Below are positions 7,336 to 18,261 of a DNA stretch of 39,381 nucleotides, one piece after another. Source of the DNA: Shigella phage ESh6. Under the pieces are notes generated by a model. The model searched no databases, was not told the origin of the DNA, and was given only the letters and a program-made list of their open reading frames with translations. The position numbers and the translations under genes were made by a program. Where the stretch lies: the sequence record ON528719; one strand, given 5' to 3'. Positions within the stretch are counted from its first letter, which is position 1. Each line of letters opens with the position of its first letter.

Positions 7336-8415
7336 GTGAACGCTATCGACATCATGAACGCTATCAACGCAATCAAAGCACTACCAATCTGTGAACTTGA
7401 TAAGCGTCAAAGTATGCTCATTGATTTGCTGGTCGAAATGGTCAACAGCGAAACGTGTGACGGTGAGCTAACCGAGTTGCATATGCCGCTCGAATGTCAA
7501 GACTGGTGGACTACCTTAAAGTGCCTGACCGCTGACGCTGGCTTCACGATGCTCGGTAATGGTCACTTCTCCGCTGCATATAGTCACCCACTGCTGCCTA
7601 ACAGAGTGATTAAGGTGGGCTTTAAGAAAGAGGATTCAGGCGCTGCGTATATCGCATTCTGCCGCATGTATCAGGGTCGCGCTGGTATCCCTAACGTCTA
7701 CGATGTTCAGCGTCATGCTGGCTGTTACACGGTGGTTCTCGATGCTCTGAATGACTGCGAACGCTATGATAACGAGGATCATGAGAAGTATGCTTCAATG
7801 GCAAGCGGCATTATTGATTATAACTCGGATGTATATAACAAGCGTACTGGATGGGATGGGGAGTTCGTCGAGACTTGCAAGTTAATCCGCAAGTTCTTTG
7901 AGGGCATAGCTTCGTTCGACATGCACAGCGGTAACATTATGTTCGACGATAATGATGTACCATACATCACCGACCCTGTGTCATTCTCACACAAGGAAGA
8001 CGGTGGCGTGTTCAGCATGGACCCTGAGGAACTCATCAAGGAAGTCGAGGAGGTCGCACGCCAGAGAGCAATCGACCGCGCTAAGGAGCGTAAAGCACGG
8101 CATGAGGGTCGCTTGCAAGCGCGTAGAGTCAAACGCATTAACCGTAAGGCACGTAAGGCACACCGCGCTAAGCGTGAAAGACTAACAGCACTATGGCGTA
8201 TGAACGAGCGTCAAAAACAGCGCAACCACGAAGTAGCTGTAGATGTACTAGGAAGAACCAACAACGCTATGCTCTGGGTCAATATGCTCTCTGGGGGCTT
8301 TAATGCGCTTGAGGAGCGAATCGCGCTGCGCTGGCGTAATGCTGACCGGATGGCTATCGCTAATGGTATGCCGCTCAACATTGATAAGAAACTGGACGCA
8401 ATGCTAATGGGATGA
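7336..8415 (+). CDS. 0.7: Serine/threonine protein kinase, host-transcription shutoff (gp0.7)
   Basis: 359-aa ORF, same length as T7 gp0.7 with high identity from memory; GTG start at 7336. Confidence 0.9.
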   Translation: MNAIDIMNAINAIKALPICELDKRQSMLIDLLVEMVNSETCDGELTELHMPLECQDWWTTLKCLTADAGFTMLGNGHFSAAYSHPLLPNRVIKVGFKKEDSGAAYIAFCRMYQGRAGIPNVYDVQRHAGCYTVVLDALNDCERYDNEDHEKYASMASGIIDYNSDVYNKRTGWDGEFVETCKLIRKFFEGIASFDMHSGNIMFDDNDVPYITDPVSFSHKEDGGVFSMDPEELIKEVEEVARQRAIDRAKERKARHEGRLQARRVKRINRKARKAHRAKRERLTALWRMNERQKQRNHEVAVDVLGRTNNAMLWVNMLSGGFNALEERIALRWRNADRMAIANGMPLNIDKKLDAMLMG

Positions 8416-8418
8416 TAG

Positions 8419-8455
8419 TCTTATCTTACAGGTCATCTGCGGGTGGCCTGAATAG
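8419..8455 (+). other. RNase III site R1-like hairpin
   Basis: 'ttatcttacaggtcatctgcgggtggcctgaata' between 0.7 and gene 1, matching the T7 R1 region (recalled). Confidence 0.5.
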
Positions 8456-8484
8456 ATACGATTTCTGACCGAAAGAGGTACAAA

Positions 8485-11136
8485 ATGAGTACGATTAACA
8501 TCGCTAAGAACGATTTCTCTGACATCGAACTGGCTGCTATCCCGTTCAACACTCTGGCTGACCACTATGGTGAGCGTCTAGCTCGCGAGCAGTTGGCCCT
8601 TGAGCATGAGTCTTACGAGATGGGAGAAGCACGTTTCCGCAAGATGTTTGAGCGTCAACTTAAGGCTGGCGAGGTTGCAGATAATGCGGCTGCTAAACCG
8701 CTGATTACTACTCTGCTGCCTAAGATGGTTGCACGCATCAACGACTGGTTTGAGGAAGTGAAAGCTAAGCGCGGCAAACGTCCAACCGCTTTCCAGTTCC
8801 TGCAAGAAATCAAGCCGGAATCTGTAGCGTATATCACCATTAAGACTACTCTTGCTTGCCTAACGAGCGTGGACAATACAACCGTTCAGGCTGTAGCGAG
8901 CGCCATAGGACGGGCTATCGAGGAAGAAGCTCGCTTCGGTCGAATCCGTGACCTAGAAGCTAAGCACTTCAAGAAAAACGTTGAGGAACAACTAAACAAG
9001 CGCGTAGGGCACGTCTATAAGAAGGCATTCATGCAGGTAGTCGAGGCTGACATGCTCTCTAAGGGTCTACTCGGTGGCGAGGCGTGGTCTTCATGGCACA
9101 AGGAAGACTCCATTCACGTAGGTGTGCGCTGCATTGAGATGCTCATCGAGTCCACCGGAATGGTTAGCTTGCACCGCCAAAATGCTGGCGTAGTGGGCCA
9201 AGACTCTGAGACTATCGAACTCGCACCGGAATACGCTGAGGCTATCGCAACACGGGCTGGGGCACTGGCTGGTATCTCTCCTATGTATCAGCCTTGCATA
9301 GTACCGCCTAAACCTTGGACTGGTGTCACTGGTGGTGGATACTGGGCTAACGGTCGCCGTCCGCTGGTACTGGTACGCACCCACAGCAAGAAGGCACTGA
9401 TGCGCTACGAAGATGTTTACATGCCTGAGGTATACAAGGCGATCAACATTGCGCAAAACACCGCTTGGAAAATCAACAAGAAAGTCCTAGCGGTCGCCAA
9501 CGTGATTACCAAGTGGAAGCACTGCCCAGTCGAGGACATCCCTTCGATTGAGCGCGAAGAACTCCCGATGAAACCGGAAGACATCGACACGAATCCAGAG
9601 GCGCTGACCGCTTGGAAACGTGCTGCTGCCGCTGTGTATCGTAAGGACAAGGCACGTAAGTCTCGCCGCATAAGCCTTGAGTTCATGCTTGAGCAAGCCA
9701 ATAAGTTTGCTAACCGTAAGGCCATCTGGTTCCCTTACAACATGGACTGGCGCGGTCGCGTGTACGCTGTGTCAATGTTCAATCCGCAAGGTAACGACAT
9801 GACCAAAGGACTACTGACGCTGGCTAAAGGTAAGCCAATCGGCAAGGAAGGATTCTACTGGCTGAAAATTCACGGAGCTAACTGCGCGGGAGTTGATAAG
9901 GTTCCATTCCCTGAGCGCATCAAGTTCATCGAGGATAACCACGATAACATCATGGCGTGCGCTAAGTCCCCACTGGAGAACACTTGGTGGGCTGAACAAG
10001 ATTCTCCGTTCTGCTTCCTCGCGTTCTGCTTTGAGTACGCTGGGGTACAGCACCACGGCCTGAGCTACAACTGCTCGCTGCCGCTGGCGTTCGATGGGTC
10101 TTGCTCTGGCATTCAGCACTTCTCCGCGATGCTCCGCGATGAGGTAGGCGGTCGGGCTGTTAACCTGCTGCCTAGTGAAACCGTTCAAGACATCTATGGG
10201 ATTGTTGCTAAGAAAGTCAACGAGATTCTGCAAGCGGATGCAATCAACGGGACCGATAACGAAGTAGTTACCGTGACCGATGAGAACACTGGAGAAATCT
10301 CTGAGAAAATCAAGCTGGGTACTAAAGCACTGGCTGGTCAATGGCTTGCCTACGGTGTGACCCGTAGCGTCACTAAACGTTCAGTCATGACGCTGGCGTA
10401 TGGTTCCAAAGAGTTCGGATTCCGTCAGCAAGTCCTTGAGGACACCATACAGCCAGCCATTGATTCCGGCAAAGGTCTGATGTTCACCCAACCTAATCAG
10501 GCCGCTGGGTATATGGCTAAGCTGATTTGGGAGTCAGTGAGCGTTACCGTAGTGGCTGCTGTAGAGGCTATGAACTGGCTTAAGTCTGCTGCGAAGCTGC
10601 TGGCTGCTGAGGTCAAAGACAAGAAGACTGGGGAGATTCTTCGTAAACGCTGTGCGGTGTATTGGGTAACTCCTGATGGCTTCCCTGTGTGGCAAGAATA
10701 CAAGAAGCCAATTCAGACTCGCTTGAACTTGATGTTCCTCGGTCAGTTCCGCCTACAGCCGACAATCAACACCAACAAGGACAGCGAGATTGATGCCCAT
10801 AAGCAGGAATCTGGTATAGCTCCTAACTTTGTACACAGCCAAGACGGTAGCCACCTACGTAAGACTGTAGTGTGGGCGCATGAGAAGTACGGAATCGAAT
10901 CTTTCGCACTGATTCATGACTCCTTCGGGACCATTCCGGCTGACGCTGCCAACCTCTTCAAAGCTGTTCGTGAAACGATGGTTGACACCTACGAGTCATG
11001 CGATGTGCTTGCAGACTTCTACAACCAGTTCGCGGACCAGTTACATGAGTCTCAACTGGATAAAATGCCAGCACTTCCGGCTAAAGGTAACTTGAATTTA
11101 CGAGACATCTTAGAGTCAGACTTCGCGTTTGCGTGA
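8485..11136 (+). CDS. 1: T7-type single-subunit DNA-dependent RNA polymerase
   Basis: 883-aa ORF, same length as T7 RNAP and near-identical throughout; specificity-loop region RLQPTINTNKDSEIDAHKQ conserved, consistent with T7-type promoters. Confidence 0.98.
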   Translation: MSTINIAKNDFSDIELAAIPFNTLADHYGERLAREQLALEHESYEMGEARFRKMFERQLKAGEVADNAAAKPLITTLLPKMVARINDWFEEVKAKRGKRPTAFQFLQEIKPESVAYITIKTTLACLTSVDNTTVQAVASAIGRAIEEEARFGRIRDLEAKHFKKNVEEQLNKRVGHVYKKAFMQVVEADMLSKGLLGGEAWSSWHKEDSIHVGVRCIEMLIESTGMVSLHRQNAGVVGQDSETIELAPEYAEAIATRAGALAGISPMYQPCIVPPKPWTGVTGGGYWANGRRPLVLVRTHSKKALMRYEDVYMPEVYKAINIAQNTAWKINKKVLAVANVITKWKHCPVEDIPSIEREELPMKPEDIDTNPEALTAWKRAAAAVYRKDKARKSRRISLEFMLEQANKFANRKAIWFPYNMDWRGRVYAVSMFNPQGNDMTKGLLTLAKGKPIGKEGFYWLKIHGANCAGVDKVPFPERIKFIEDNHDNIMACAKSPLENTWWAEQDSPFCFLAFCFEYAGVQHHGLSYNCSLPLAFDGSCSGIQHFSAMLRDEVGGRAVNLLPSETVQDIYGIVAKKVNEILQADAINGTDNEVVTVTDENTGEISEKIKLGTKALAGQWLAYGVTRSVTKRSVMTLAYGSKEFGFRQQVLEDTIQPAIDSGKGLMFTQPNQAAGYMAKLIWESVSVTVVAAVEAMNWLKSAAKLLAAEVKDKKTGEILRKRCAVYWVTPDGFPVWQEYKKPIQTRLNLMFLGQFRLQPTINTNKDSEIDAHKQESGIAPNFVHSQDGSHLRKTVVWAHEKYGIESFALIHDSFGTIPADAANLFKAVRETMVDTYESCDVLADFYNQFADQLHESQLDKMPALPAKGNLNLRDILESDFAFA

Positions 11137-11144
11137 TGGCGAAT

Positions 11145-11167
11145 TAATACGACTCACTATAGAGGGA
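11145..11167 (+). promoter_or_regulatory. T7 RNAP promoter phi1.1A
   Basis: 'taatacgactcactatagagggac': consensus -17 to +1, +2 A. Confidence 0.85.
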
Positions 11168-11200
11168 CAAACTCAAGGTCACTTTAACGAGTGGCCTTTA
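11168..11200 (+). other. RNase III site R1.1-like hairpin
   Basis: 'aaactcaaggtcactttaacgagtggccttta' imperfect hairpin motif. Confidence 0.5.
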
Positions 11201-11219
11201 TGATTGACCTTCTTCTGGT

Positions 11220-11242
11220 TAATACGACTCACTATAGGGAAG
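11220..11242 (+). promoter_or_regulatory. T7 RNAP promoter phi1.1B
   Basis: 'taatacgactcactatagggaag': consensus -17 to +4. Confidence 0.85.
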
Positions 11243-11320
11243 ACCTTAAGGTTTAACTTTAAGACCCTTAAGTGTTAATTAAAGATTTAAATTAAAGACT
11301 ACTAATAGAGGACTTTAAGT

Positions 11321-11449
11321 ATGCGTAACTTCGAAAAGATGACAAAACGTTCTAACCGTAACGCTCATGACTTCGAGGCAACCAAAGGTCGTAAGTTGAA
11401 TAAGACAAAGCGTGATCGCTCACATAAACGTAGCTGGGAGGGTCAGTAA
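11321..11449 (+). CDS. 1.1: gp1.1 homolog (small basic protein)
   Basis: 42-codon ORF MRNFEKMTKRSNRNAHDFEATKGRKLNKTKRDRSHKRSWEGQ, matching T7 gp1.1 from memory. Confidence 0.7.
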   Translation: MRNFEKMTKRSNRNAHDFEATKGRKLNKTKRDRSHKRSWEGQ

Positions 11450-11450
11450 G

Positions 11451-11708
11451 ATGGGACGTTTATACAGTGGGAACCTTAATGCTTTCAAGGCGGCTACAAA
11501 CAAGCTATTCCAGTTAGACTTTGCAGTGATACATGACAACTGGTACGATGCTTACAAACGCCTTGAGTGCATACTGCTACGCGTAGAAGACAGGTCTGGC
11601 AATCTGATAGACACCAATACATTCTGCCACCATGATGAAGACGTCTTGTACAATACATGCACTGAATGGCTGAACCGTATGTACGACCAGTTGAAGGACT
11701 GGAAGTAA
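11451..11708 (+). CDS. 1.2: gp1.2 homolog (host dGTPase inhibitor in T7)
   Basis: 85 aa from ATG 11451 (ORF track 11412..11708 extends upstream); same length as T7 gp1.2. Confidence 0.85.
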   Translation: MGRLYSGNLNAFKAATNKLFQLDFAVIHDNWYDAYKRLECILLRVEDRSGNLIDTNTFCHHDEDVLYNTCTEWLNRMYDQLKDWK

Positions 11709-11728
11709 TACGACTCACTAAAGGGACA
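11706..11728 (+). promoter_or_regulatory. T7 RNAP promoter phi1.3 (A at -2)
   Basis: 'taatacgactcactaaagggaca'; overlaps the gene 1.2 stop codon. Confidence 0.8.
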
Positions 11729-11762
11729 ATGCTTAAGGTCGCTCCAACTGAGTGGCCTTAGT
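11728..11762 (+). other. RNase III site R1.3-like hairpin
   Basis: 'atgcttaaggtcgctccaactgagtggcctta'. Confidence 0.5.
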
Positions 11763-11788
11763 CGTTTAACCGATAGGAGATACTAATC

Positions 11789-12811
11789 ATGATGAACATT
11801 AAGACCAACCCATTTAAAGCAGTGTCTTTCGTAGAGTCTGCCATTAAGAAAGCTCTGGACAACGCTGGGTATCTTATCGCTGACATTAAATACGATGGTG
11901 TACGTGGTAACATCTGCGTAGACAATACTGCTAACAGTTGCTGGCTCTCTCGTGTATCTAAAACGATTCCGGCACTGGAGCACCTAAACGGATTCGATGC
12001 ACGCTGGAAGCGCCTTCTGAATGATGACCGTTGCTTCTACAAAGATGGCTTTATGCTCGATGGAGAACTCATGGTCAAGGGAGTAGACTTCAACACTGGG
12101 TCTGGCCTACTGCGCACCAAATGGACAGACACTAAGAACCAAGAGTTCCACGAAGAGTTATTCGTTGAGCCAGTCCGTAAGAAAGACAAGGTTCCCTTTA
12201 AGTTACACACTGGGCATCTGTGCATCAAACTGTATGCTATCCTCCCGCTTCACGTTGTAGAGTCTGGAGAAGACTGCGACATAATGACGCTGCTTATGCA
12301 GGAACACGTTAAGAACATGCTGCCTCTGCTACAGGAATACTTCCCTGAAATCGAATGGCAAGCGGCTGAATCTTACGAGGTCTACGACATGGTAGAACTA
12401 CAGCAACTGTATGAGAAGAAGCGTGAAGAAGGTCATGAGGGTCTCATTGTAAAAGACCCCATGGGAATCTACAAGAGAGGCAAGAAGTCCGGCTGGTTCA
12501 AAATGAAGCCAGAGAACGAGGCTGACGGCATTATCCAAGGTCTGGTATGGGGTACAGAGGGTCTGGCTAACGAAGGCAAAGTGATTGGCTTTGAGGTGCT
12601 TCTTGAGAGTGGTCGTGTAGTAAACGCCACAAACATCTCTCGCGCCTTAATGGACGAGTTCACCAATACCGTAAACATTGAAGGCCGTGACTTCTACAAT
12701 GGACACGCTTGCCAGATTAGCTACATGGAGGAAACACCTGACGGCTCCCTGCGTCACCCATCATTCGTAATGTTCCGTGGCACCGAGGACAACCCTCAAG
12801 AGAAAATGTAA
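11789..12811 (+). CDS. 1.3: ATP-dependent DNA ligase (gp1.3)
   Basis: 340-aa ORF; N-terminus MMNIKTNPFKAVSFVESAIKKALDNAGYLIADIKYDGVRGN contains adenylation motif I (K-Y-DG-R); near-identical to T7 ligase except a shorter segment near residue ~300. Confidence 0.92.
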   Translation: MMNIKTNPFKAVSFVESAIKKALDNAGYLIADIKYDGVRGNICVDNTANSCWLSRVSKTIPALEHLNGFDARWKRLLNDDRCFYKDGFMLDGELMVKGVDFNTGSGLLRTKWTDTKNQEFHEELFVEPVRKKDKVPFKLHTGHLCIKLYAILPLHVVESGEDCDIMTLLMQEHVKNMLPLLQEYFPEIEWQAAESYEVYDMVELQQLYEKKREEGHEGLIVKDPMGIYKRGKKSGWFKMKPENEADGIIQGLVWGTEGLANEGKVIGFEVLLESGRVVNATNISRALMDEFTNTVNIEGRDFYNGHACQISYMEETPDGSLRHPSFVMFRGTEDNPQEKM

Positions 12812-12818
12812 CCACACT

Positions 12819-12849
12819 GGCTCACCGAAAGGTGGGCCTTTCTGCGTTT
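12819..12849 (+). terminator. Early rho-independent terminator TE (host RNAP)
   Basis: Hairpin 'ggctcacc gaaa ggtgggcc' followed by 'tttctgcgttt' just after the ligase gene, as in T7. Confidence 0.7.
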
Positions 12850-12871
12850 AATACGACTCACTATAGGAGAT
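12849..12871 (+). promoter_or_regulatory. T7 RNAP promoter phi1.5
   Basis: 'taatacgactcactataggagat': consensus -17 to +2. Confidence 0.85.
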
Positions 12872-12878
12872 ACACCTT

Positions 12879-12971
12879 ATGATGTATTTAATGCCATTAC
12901 TCATTATTATCATTGGATGTCTTGCGCTTCATTTTAAGGATGACGACGACATGCCAGATGGTCACGCTTAA
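12879..12971 (+). CDS. 1.5: gp1.5 homolog (small hydrophobic/acidic peptide)
   Basis: 30-codon [33 protein letters not shown], similar to T7 gp1.5 from memory; sits between phi1.5 and phi1.6. Confidence 0.6.
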   Translation: MMYLMPLLIIIIGCLALHFKDDDDMPDGHA

Positions 12972-12991
12972 TACGACTCACTATAGGAGAC
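12969..12991 (+). promoter_or_regulatory. T7 RNAP promoter phi1.6
   Basis: 'taatacgactcactataggagac'; overlaps the 1.5 stop codon. Confidence 0.85.
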
Positions 12992-12996
12992 ACTAT

Positions 12997-13257
12997 ATGT
13001 TCCGACTTCATTTCAACAAAAGCATTAAGAATTTCACAGTTCGCCGTGCTGACCGTTCAATCGTATGTGCGAGCGAACGCCGAGCTAAGTTACCTCTTAT
13101 TGGTAATACAGTTCCTCTGGCACCGAGCGTCCACATCATTATCACTCGTGGTGACTTCGAGAAAGCAATAGACAAGAAACGTCCGGTTCTTAGCGTGGCA
13201 GTGACCCGCTTCCCGTTCGTCCGTCTGTTACTCAAACGAATCAAGGAGGTGTTCTGA
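12997..13257 (+). CDS. 1.6: gp1.6 homolog
   Basis: 86 aa from ATG 12997 (ORF track 12913..13257 starts upstream of the promoter); length and position match T7 gp1.6. Confidence 0.75.
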   Translation: MFRLHFNKSIKNFTVRRADRSIVCASERRAKLPLIGNTVPLAPSVHIIITRGDFEKAIDKKRPVLSVAVTRFPFVRLLLKRIKEVF

Positions 13258-13467
13258 TGAGCAAAGACATGGTAAACCAACCTGCGCATTATACTTCTGG
13301 CGGTATTGAATGCCTTGACGCTATCAGGGCTTCGATGACAGAGGAGGCATTTAAAGGATTCCTTAAAGGTAATGTACTTAAATACATGTGGCGTTACGAG
13401 AAGAAGTTTAACCCTACTGAGGACTTGAAGAAGGCTCAGTGGTACTTGAGTAGATTGGAGGAAGCTA

Positions 13468-13493
<26 letters not shown>
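13257..13493 (+). CDS. 1.7: gp1.7-related protein, short form (C-terminal region only of the T7 nucleotide kinase)
   Basis: 78-aa ORF; ...QPAHYTSGGIECLDAIRASMTEEAFKGFLKGNVLKYMWRYEKK resembles only the C-terminal part of 196-aa T7 gp1.7 (recalled). Confidence 0.65.
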
Positions 13494-13789
<296 letters not shown>

Positions 13790-13792
<3 letters not shown>

Positions 13793-13812
13793 TACGACTC
13801 ACTATTAGGGAA
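13790..13812 (+). promoter_or_regulatory. T7 RNAP promoter phi2.5 (A-initiating)
   Basis: 'taatacgactcactattagggaaga', identical to the T7 phi2.5 promoter that starts with A; overlaps the gene 2 stop. Confidence 0.85.
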
Positions 13813-13857
13813 GACTCCCTATGAGAAACTAAACGAAACCTAAAGGAGATTAATATT

Positions 13858-14556
13858 ATGGCTAAGAAGATTTTCACCTCTGCGCTTGGTACTGCTGAAC
13901 CTTACGCTTACATCTCAAAGCCTGACTACGGTAACGAAGAGCGTGGCTTTGGGAACCCTCGTGGTATCTTTAAAGTTGACCTGACAATTCCCAACAAAGA
14001 CCCGCGTTGTCAACGTATGGTCGATGAAATCGTGAAGTGTCACGAAGAGGCTTATGCTGCTGCCGTTGAGGAATATGAGGCTAACCCGCCATCCGTAGCT
14101 CGTGGTAAGAAACCGCTGAAACCGTATGAAGGTGATATGCCGTTCTTCGATAATGGAGACGGTACGACTACCTTTAAGTTCAAATGCTACGCGTCCTTCC
14201 AAGACAAGAAGACCAAAGAGACCAAGCACATCAATCTGGTTGTGGTTGACTCCAAAGGTAAGAAGATGGAAGACGTTCCGATTATCGGCGGTGGCTCTAA
14301 GCTGAAAGTCAAGTATTCTCTTGTTCCGTACAAGTGGAACACTGCTGTAGGTGCGAGCGTTAAGCTGCAACTGGAATCCGTTATGTTGGTCGAACTGGCT
14401 ACCTTTGGTGGCGGTGAAGACGATTGGGCTGACGAAGTTGAAGAGAATGGCTATGTTGCCTCTGGTTCTGCCAAAGCGAGCAAACCACGCGACGAAGAAA
14501 GCTGGGACGAAGACGACGAAGGCTCTTACGAAGAAGACTCAGATGGAGACTTCTAA
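13858..14556 (+). CDS. 2.5: Single-stranded DNA-binding protein (gp2.5)
   Basis: 232-aa ORF, same length as T7 gp2.5; acidic C-terminal tail ending ...EEDSDGDF. Confidence 0.95.
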   Translation: MAKKIFTSALGTAEPYAYISKPDYGNEERGFGNPRGIFKVDLTIPNKDPRCQRMVDEIVKCHEEAYAAAVEEYEANPPSVARGKKPLKPYEGDMPFFDNGDGTTTFKFKCYASFQDKKTKETKHINLVVVDSKGKKMEDVPIIGGGSKLKVKYSLVPYKWNTAVGASVKLQLESVMLVELATFGGGEDDWADEVEENGYVASGSAKASKPRDEESWDEDDEGSYEEDSDGDF

Positions 14557-15012
14557 GTGGCTGGCGCATACGCTGCGCGTGGTATCAGAAAGGTCGGGAC
14601 ATTCCGTTCCGGCCTAGAAGATAAGGTCTCTAAGCAGCTAGAGGGTAAGGGCATTAAGTTCGACTATGAACTGTGGAAAATCCCTTACGTTGTCCCTGCG
14701 AGTAACCATGTCTACACTCCAGACTTCCTGCTGCCTAACGGAATCTTTATTGAAACCAAAGGTTTATGGGAGAGTGACGACCGAAAGAAACACTTACTGA
14801 TTCGCGAACAGTTTCCAGAACTGGACATCCGTCTGGTATTTTCTAGCTCACGTACCAAGCTGTATAAAGGGTCTCCGACCAGTTACGGCGAATGGTGTGA
14901 GAAGCACGGTATTCTGTTTGCTGACAAATTAGTTCCTATAGAATGGCTCAAAGAACCTAAAAAGGAGGTGCCATTTGACAAGCTGAAACAATCGAAGGGA
15001 GGAAAGAAATAA
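14557..15012 (+). CDS. 3: Endonuclease I, Holliday-junction resolvase (gp3)
   Basis: 151-aa ORF with GTG start; ...GIRKVG.FRSGLEDKVSKQLE.KGIKF...PDFLLPNGIF.ETKGLWESDDRKKHLLIREQ matches T7 gp3. Confidence 0.9.
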   Translation: MAGAYAARGIRKVGTFRSGLEDKVSKQLEGKGIKFDYELWKIPYVVPASNHVYTPDFLLPNGIFIETKGLWESDDRKKHLLIREQFPELDIRLVFSSSRTKLYKGSPTSYGEWCEKHGILFADKLVPIEWLKEPKKEVPFDKLKQSKGGKK

Positions 15013-15467
15013 TGGCTCGTGTACAGTTTAAACAACGTGAATCTACTGACGCAATCTTTGTTCACTGCTCGGCTACCAAGCCAAGTCAGAATGTGGGTGT
15101 CCGTGAGATTCGCCAGTGGCATAAAGAGCAAGGTTGGCTTGATGTGGGGTATCACTTTATCATCAAGCGTGATGGTACTGTAGAGGAAGGCCGAGATGAG
15201 ATGGCTGTAGGTTCTCACGCTAAGGGCCACAACCACAACTCTATTGGTGTCTGCCTTGTTGGTGGAATTGACGATAAAGGTAAGTTCGACGCTAACTTTA
15301 CGCCAGCCCAAATGCAATCCCTTCGCTCACTGCTTGTCACACTGCTGGCTAAGTATGAAGGCGCTGTACTTCGCGCGCATCATGAGGTCGCGCCGAAGGC
15401 ATGTCCTAGTTTCAACCTGAAACGCTGGTGGGAGGAGAATGAACTGGTTACGTCTGACCATGAGTAA
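15012..15467 (+). CDS. 3.5: Lysozyme, N-acetylmuramoyl-L-alanine amidase; also RNAP inhibitor (gp3.5)
   Basis: 151-aa ORF near-identical to T7 lysozyme (MARVQFKQRESTDAIFVHCSATKPSQNVGVREIRQWH...). Confidence 0.95.
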   Translation: MARVQFKQRESTDAIFVHCSATKPSQNVGVREIRQWHKEQGWLDVGYHFIIKRDGTVEEGRDEMAVGSHAKGHNHNSIGVCLVGGIDDKGKFDANFTPAQMQSLRSLLVTLLAKYEGAVLRAHHEVAPKACPSFNLKRWWEENELVTSDHE

Positions 15468-15873
15468 TTTACGCATAGACCCGTCAAGTCCTTCCGGTAT
15501 CTCCAAAGGTGATAAACCTATTGGGTGGATTCACAAAGGAAGATATTGGAGGATGCGGATAAACGGTAAAGCAGTGATGTGCCATGTGGTGATAATGGAA
15601 CTAAAAACAGGAGAACCGATTCCAGAAGGACTGGAAGTTGACCACATAAACAGGAACGGGTTGGACAATTCAATTGGGAACCTTCGCCTAGTTGACCGCC
15701 AAACCAATGTCTGTAATACCGGATGTCGTAAGGACTCAAAGACAGGGGTTAAGGGTGTTAGCTATCGAGAAGGTAGACTCAAGCCTTATTCCGCACACAA
15801 ACAGCGTAATGGTATTCGAAAGTGTAAATCTTTCGAGACTATTGAGGAAGCTGTAAAGTGGCTCGATAATTAA
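15460..15873 (+). CDS. 3.8: HNH endonuclease with AP2-like DNA-binding domain, at the gene 3.8 position
   Basis: ORF track 15439..15873; likely start ATG 15460. HNH motif EVDHINRNGLDNSIGNLRLVDRQTN and AP2-like GVKGVSYREGRLKPYSAHKQRNG. Not orthologous to recalled T7 gp3.8. Confidence 0.72.
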   Translation: MSNLRIDPSSPSGISKGDKPIGWIHKGRYWRMRINGKAVMCHVVIMELKTGEPIPEGLEVDHINRNGLDNSIGNLRLVDRQTNVCNTGCRKDSKTGVKGVSYREGRLKPYSAHKQRNGIRKCKSFETIEEAVKWLDN

Positions 15874-15893
15874 TTGAACTCACTATAGGGAGA
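15871..15893 (+). promoter_or_regulatory. T7 RNAP promoter phi3.8 (divergent upstream half)
   Basis: 'taattgaactcactatagggaga'; same upstream deviations as T7 phi3.8. Followed by hairpin 'gggagaccataacggtttccc'. Confidence 0.75.
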
Positions 15894-15925
15894 CCATAAC
15901 GGTTTCCCTTTGTTCGCATCATTGA

Positions 15926-17681
<1,756 letters not shown>

Positions 17682-17686
17682 ACATC

Positions 17687-17899
17687 ATGTTCAAACTGAT
17701 TAAGAAATTAGGCCAACTGCTGGTTCGTATGTACAACGTGGAAGCAAAACGCCCGAACGATGAGGCTCGTAAAGAGGCCACACAGTCACGCGCTCTGGCG
17801 ATTCGCTCCAACGAACTGGCTGACAGTGCATCCACTAAAGTTACCGAAGCTGCCCGTGTAGCAAACCAAGCTCAACAGCTTTCCAAATTCTTTGAGTAA
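17687..17899 (+). CDS. 4.3: gp4.3 homolog
   Basis: 70-aa ORF, same length and position as T7 gp4.3. Confidence 0.8.
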   Translation: MFKLIKKLGQLLVRMYNVEAKRPNDEARKEATQSRALAIRSNELADSASTKVTEAARVANQAQQLSKFFE

Positions 17900-17918
17900 T
17901 CAAACAGGAGAAACCATC

Positions 17919-18188
17919 ATGTCTAACGTAGCTGAAACTATCCGTCTATCCGATACCGCTGACCAGTGGAACCGTCGAGTCCACATCAACGTTCGCAACG
18001 GTAAGGCGACTATGGTTTACCGCTGGAAGGACTCTAAGTCCTCTAAGAATCACACTCAGCGTATGACGTTGACAGATGAGCAAGCACTGCGTCTGGTCAA
18101 TGCACTTACCGTAGCTGCCGTGACAGCAATACATAAAGCTGGTCGCGTTAATGAAGCGATGGCTATCCTCGATAAGATGGAAAGCTAA
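17919..18188 (+). CDS. 4.5: gp4.5 homolog (reported Lon-protease inhibitor in T7)
   Basis: 89 aa from ATG 17919 after 'caggag' (ORF track starts at TTG 17892); MSNVAETIRLSDTADQWNRRVHINVRNGKATMVYRWKD... near-identical to T7 gp4.5. Confidence 0.8.
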   Translation: MSNVAETIRLSDTADQWNRRVHINVRNGKATMVYRWKDSKSSKNHTQRMTLTDEQALRLVNALTVAAVTAIHKAGRVNEAMAILDKMES

Positions 18189-18194
18189 GAGTGG

Positions 18195-18228
18195 TATACT
18201 CAAGGTCGCCCAAGTGGTGGCCTTCATG
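18195..18228 (+). other. RNase III site R4.7-like hairpin
   Basis: 'atactcaaggtcgcccaagtggtggccttca'. Confidence 0.5.
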
Positions 18229-18232
18229 AATA

Positions 18233-18255
18233 CTATTCGACTCACTATAGGAGAT
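18233..18255 (+). promoter_or_regulatory. T7 RNAP promoter phi4.7
   Basis: 'ctattcgactcactataggagat'. Confidence 0.75.
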
Positions 18256-18261
18256 ATTACC

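Noticed and set aside
14351-14617. 88-aa + strand ORF spanning the gp2.5/gp3 junction
   Set aside because: Out-of-frame overlap of two strongly supported genes; no RBS; Lys/Thr-rich low-complexity translation.
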